NCBI GenBank assembly: GCA_963733675.1
Contig: CAVTET010000012.1
Location: 224,001 to 288,000, forward strand
Length of the DNA stretch: 64,000 bases
Origin: an uncultured Methanosarcinaceae archaeon
GTDB taxonomy: Archaea; Halobacteriota; Methanosarcinia; Methanosarcinales; Methanosarcinaceae
Direction: 5' to 3'
Below are positions 60,647 through 64,000 of this stretch, in pieces. The position numbers and the translations under genes were made by a program. Positions within the stretch are counted from its first letter, which is position 1; each line of letters begins with the position of its first letter. The notes under the pieces were generated by a model, which saw only the letters and a program-made list of their open reading frames with translations, did not search any database and was not told the DNA's origin.

Positions 60647-63600
60647 TTAGACTTTTAACGACTCAACCGGTAAAGTAAAATAAAAAGTTGAACCTTTGCC
60701 TAATTCAGATTCGACCCATATACGTCCACCATGTCTTTCTACAACTTTTTTACAAATCGCAAGCCCTATTCCTGTTCCGGGATATTTTTCCCTGGTATGC
60801 AATCTTTTGAAAACTTCAAATATTTTTTCCGAATATTGTGGATCAATCCCAATTCCGTTGTCCTGCACTGAAAATACCCATTCATTTGCTTTTTTCTCTG
60901 CAGATATGTGAATTTGGGGTGCTTCTTCATTGTGGAACTTCATTCCATTGAAAATCAAATTCTGAAACACCTGAACCAACTGGGTAGAATCTACTATTAT
61001 ATCAGGCAAAGTATCATGAGATATAGTAGCTTTATTTTCATTTATAACCACTTTTAAACCAGCTAGTGCCTGATTCAAAATAAATTTACAATTTGTAGTT
61101 TTAGGTTCCCTTACAGTCCTATTCACACGGGAATATTCCAAAAGGTCATTTATTAGATTTTGCATACGGGAAGCCCCGTCTACAGCGAAGTGTATGTACT
61201 TATCCGCCCTATCATCTAGATTATCCTGATATCTCTTTTGTAAAAGCTGCAAATAACTTGTTATCATCCGTAGTGGTTCTTGCAAGTCATGAGATGAAAC
61301 GTAAGCAAATTGTTCTAATTCTTCATTTGAGATGGCAAGTTCTTCTAATTTCAACTTTAAAGTTTCGTCGGCTGTTTTACGCTCAGTGATGTCAGTGAGC
61401 ATGCTCAGAGAACCCATAAAATTGCTATCTTTATTAAAAAAGGCTTTATAACTTATATGAATCCATGCAGATGAGCCATCTGTCTTTATTAATTTCAATT
61501 CATAGCTCTCATTGATACCCTGCCGACTCTTTTCCAGATTCAGTTTGACAATATCCTTACTTTCTTCACTTATGAAGCCCCATATCGGTCTGTCAATACC
61601 TTCTTCAAGAGAGTATCCGAGTATATCAGTCAGTTTCCTATTGGCATAAGTAACTACAGCTTCATCATCAATTATGAGTATACCTTCGTTTGCCGTCTCG
61701 ACGATGTTGCGGTACTTTTCCTCACTTTCCCGAAGCTTTTCTTCTGCTGCTTTTCCGTCAGTAATATCCCTTCCAATACAGGAGATAGCTACAAACTTTC
61801 CAGATGAGTCAAAAATCGGAGAAAGAGTAATTGAAACATTTATTACTGTACCATCCTTTTTTAACCGTAAAGTTTCATAATGCTGGATCTTTTCTTCCTG
61901 TTTAGTCTTTTTAATTAACAGTTTTATTTCCCCTTTAAGATCATCTGGTTCAAGTATTGATACATCTTTTCCCAGGATCTCTTCTGCTGAATAACCATAA
62001 ATTTTCCTTGCTCCCATATTCCAACTTTTAACGGTACCATCAAGAGACTCAGTTATGATAGCATCATTCGATGACTCTACAGCACTCGCAAGTGCTTGAA
62101 TTTTCTCGTCTGCTTTTTTAAGCTTAGTAACATCACGAGCTGCAGCAAAGACACCAATAACCTCACCTGATTCGTCTATATAAATTGAAGCGTTGTATAA
62201 AACAGGTATTATCATTCCACTCTTATGCTGAATTTCAAGCGCATAGTCAGACACAAATCCTTCCTTGAACACTTCTTGATATACTTTCTTAGCTTTCTTA
62301 GGCTCAGTGAAATAGTTTGTAAAGTCAGTGCCAATGAGTTCGTCCCGTAAATAACCAGTAACAAACTCTGTAGAAGTGTTTGCATCAGTAATTTTACCAT
62401 CATGCCCAATGGTTATTAAAGGATCCAAGCTAGCTTCAATTAAACTACGATTATAACTATTTGACAACCTAATTTTTTCTTCAGCCAGCTTGATCTCGTG
62501 GATATCGGTACAAGTACCGAACCACTTGTCTATCACTCCGCTATCATCGAAGAAGGGGACTCCACGAACGACGGCAGCCACCAGCGATAAGTGCCATCGG
62601 CACTGCGCAGTTGGCATTCAAGCGAATAGGAATCGTTGTTGTGTACTGCATTTTGCCAGGCATCCCAAGCGCGTTTTTGGTCAGCGGGGTGCAAGGGCTT
62701 GTTCCAACCATGGCCATAGCTTTCTTTCATTGTAAGGCCGGTATACTCCACCCATTGATGGTTGAAATATGTGTTCCAGCCATCTGCCCTTGTGATCCAA
62801 ACAATTTGGGGCATCGCCCGGCCAGGGCGTGGAACCTCTCCTCACTCTCACGCAGCATCTTTTCTGTTTTTTTGCGCTCTGTGATGTCGATATCCATCTT
62901 GAGTATCATAGGCGAACCATCAACGTCGGTGAACGGAAAATCAAAGGCATCAATTATTTTCCAGTCCGGGCCGTTGGACTCCCAATGATGGGGTTTTCCG
63001 GTCTCAAGTACTTTATAGGATTCGCAGAACTCACACTTATTGGTGAACCCAAAACGGGATTCATAACAATGCAATCCGCTGGAAACACCGAAATGTTCGC
63101 GGTAGCTGCGGTTGGCAAAGGCAATGCGATAGTCAGATGTCAAAAGACATATCATTGCTGGCAGCATTTCTAGAATGTCAAAGAGCCGCCGTCGTTCAGC
63201 TTCGACAACTTCGGCAACTCTGCGACTTGCTTCGCTCTCTAGCAGTGCTTGCTCTGCTTTTTTTTTCTCGGTGATATCTATTTGAGTGGTGATGAGACGA
63301 TCGCCATTAACAATATACGAAGTGAGGAGTTCCTTGTCCACGTAAGAGCTATGGTACTGGAACCTTAACAGCCTTATTCGACAGCTTTGCCTCCTCGATC
63401 ATGGGAAGATGGAATGCAGCTCTCTCACAGCCGAGTACTTCTGATCCCCTTTTTCCTTTGGCCTCATCAATATTTTTCAGACCAAGGAGCTTGAATCCAG
63501 CAGGATTGAGATCCTCGAAAATCCAGTCGACAACTTTACCCTGTTCATCGTAGATAAGTCGATTAATGAAGAAGGCCTCCTGCAAAGTCTCGAATAGGCC

Positions 63601-64000
63601 ACGATACCTGATCTCGCTCACCCGCAGATTCTCATATGCTTCATAAAGTTCCTTTGACTGAGCCTGTAACTCTTCGTTTTGTGCATGGAGCTCTTCAGAC
63701 TGAGCCTGCAAATCCTCGGATTGCGTTTGGAGATTCTCTTGAGCTTTCTGCAAAGATTCATCAGCTTTTGTTTTGGCTATGGCCACGGCCAGATAGTCTG
63801 CCAGCCGTTCCAACATCAAGATCATTTCCGGAGTAAATCTACCTTTACATCGTCGTTCAACTGGAGAAGGACCTGGCCTCTCCTCACCCACACGCAGAGC
63901 TATCAGAGCCACAGATTCATAGCCTTCACCATTACATCTGTTATGCGTGTGGGCCTGGCGGTCAGCATCAGTCGTTGTGGCCAGCAGTTCCGTGGTACAG
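60647..64000 (-). pseudogene. GAF/multi-PAS sensor histidine kinase, frameshifted; continues beyond the window
   Basis: Four ORF fragments with breaks near 63350, 62815 and 62575; intact 3' part with 3 PAS + [14 protein letters not shown] HisKA + HATPase. Confidence 0.88.

Overview
This window looks like chromosomal DNA from a Methanosarcina-type archaeon. The evidence is gatD, a cupin-type pgi, Pcc1, a DUF460 protein, a methanogen beta-propeller surface protein and HisKA_2/PAS kinases; the taxonomy is inferred from gene content. Housekeeping genes are intact (gatD, argH, nfnAB, serS, RecJ-like DHH, pcc1, ilvD) but sit in an AT-rich, heavily eroded accessory matrix. That matrix holds five IS6 copies plus a fragment, two defective IS5 copies and three IS200 remnants. 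It also holds many pseudogenes: two PAS sensor kinases, two arylsulfatases, NIPSNAP, a methyltransferase, an integrase and a family A DNA polymerase. Four observations stand out. (1) Three small secreted peptide genes share a nearly invariant leader but have divergent Gly/aromatic-rich cores and a shared upstream DNA element. (2) A SatD-HTH plus membrane-partner locus is preceded by five palindromic boxes at 28-bp periodicity and is split by IS6 with an 8-bp TSD. (3) A decayed PolA + wHTH module occurs in an archaeon. (4) A fluoride riboswitch with a visible anti-Shine-Dalgarno platform lies upstream of crcB. All calls come from reading the sequence by eye, and no database searches were run.
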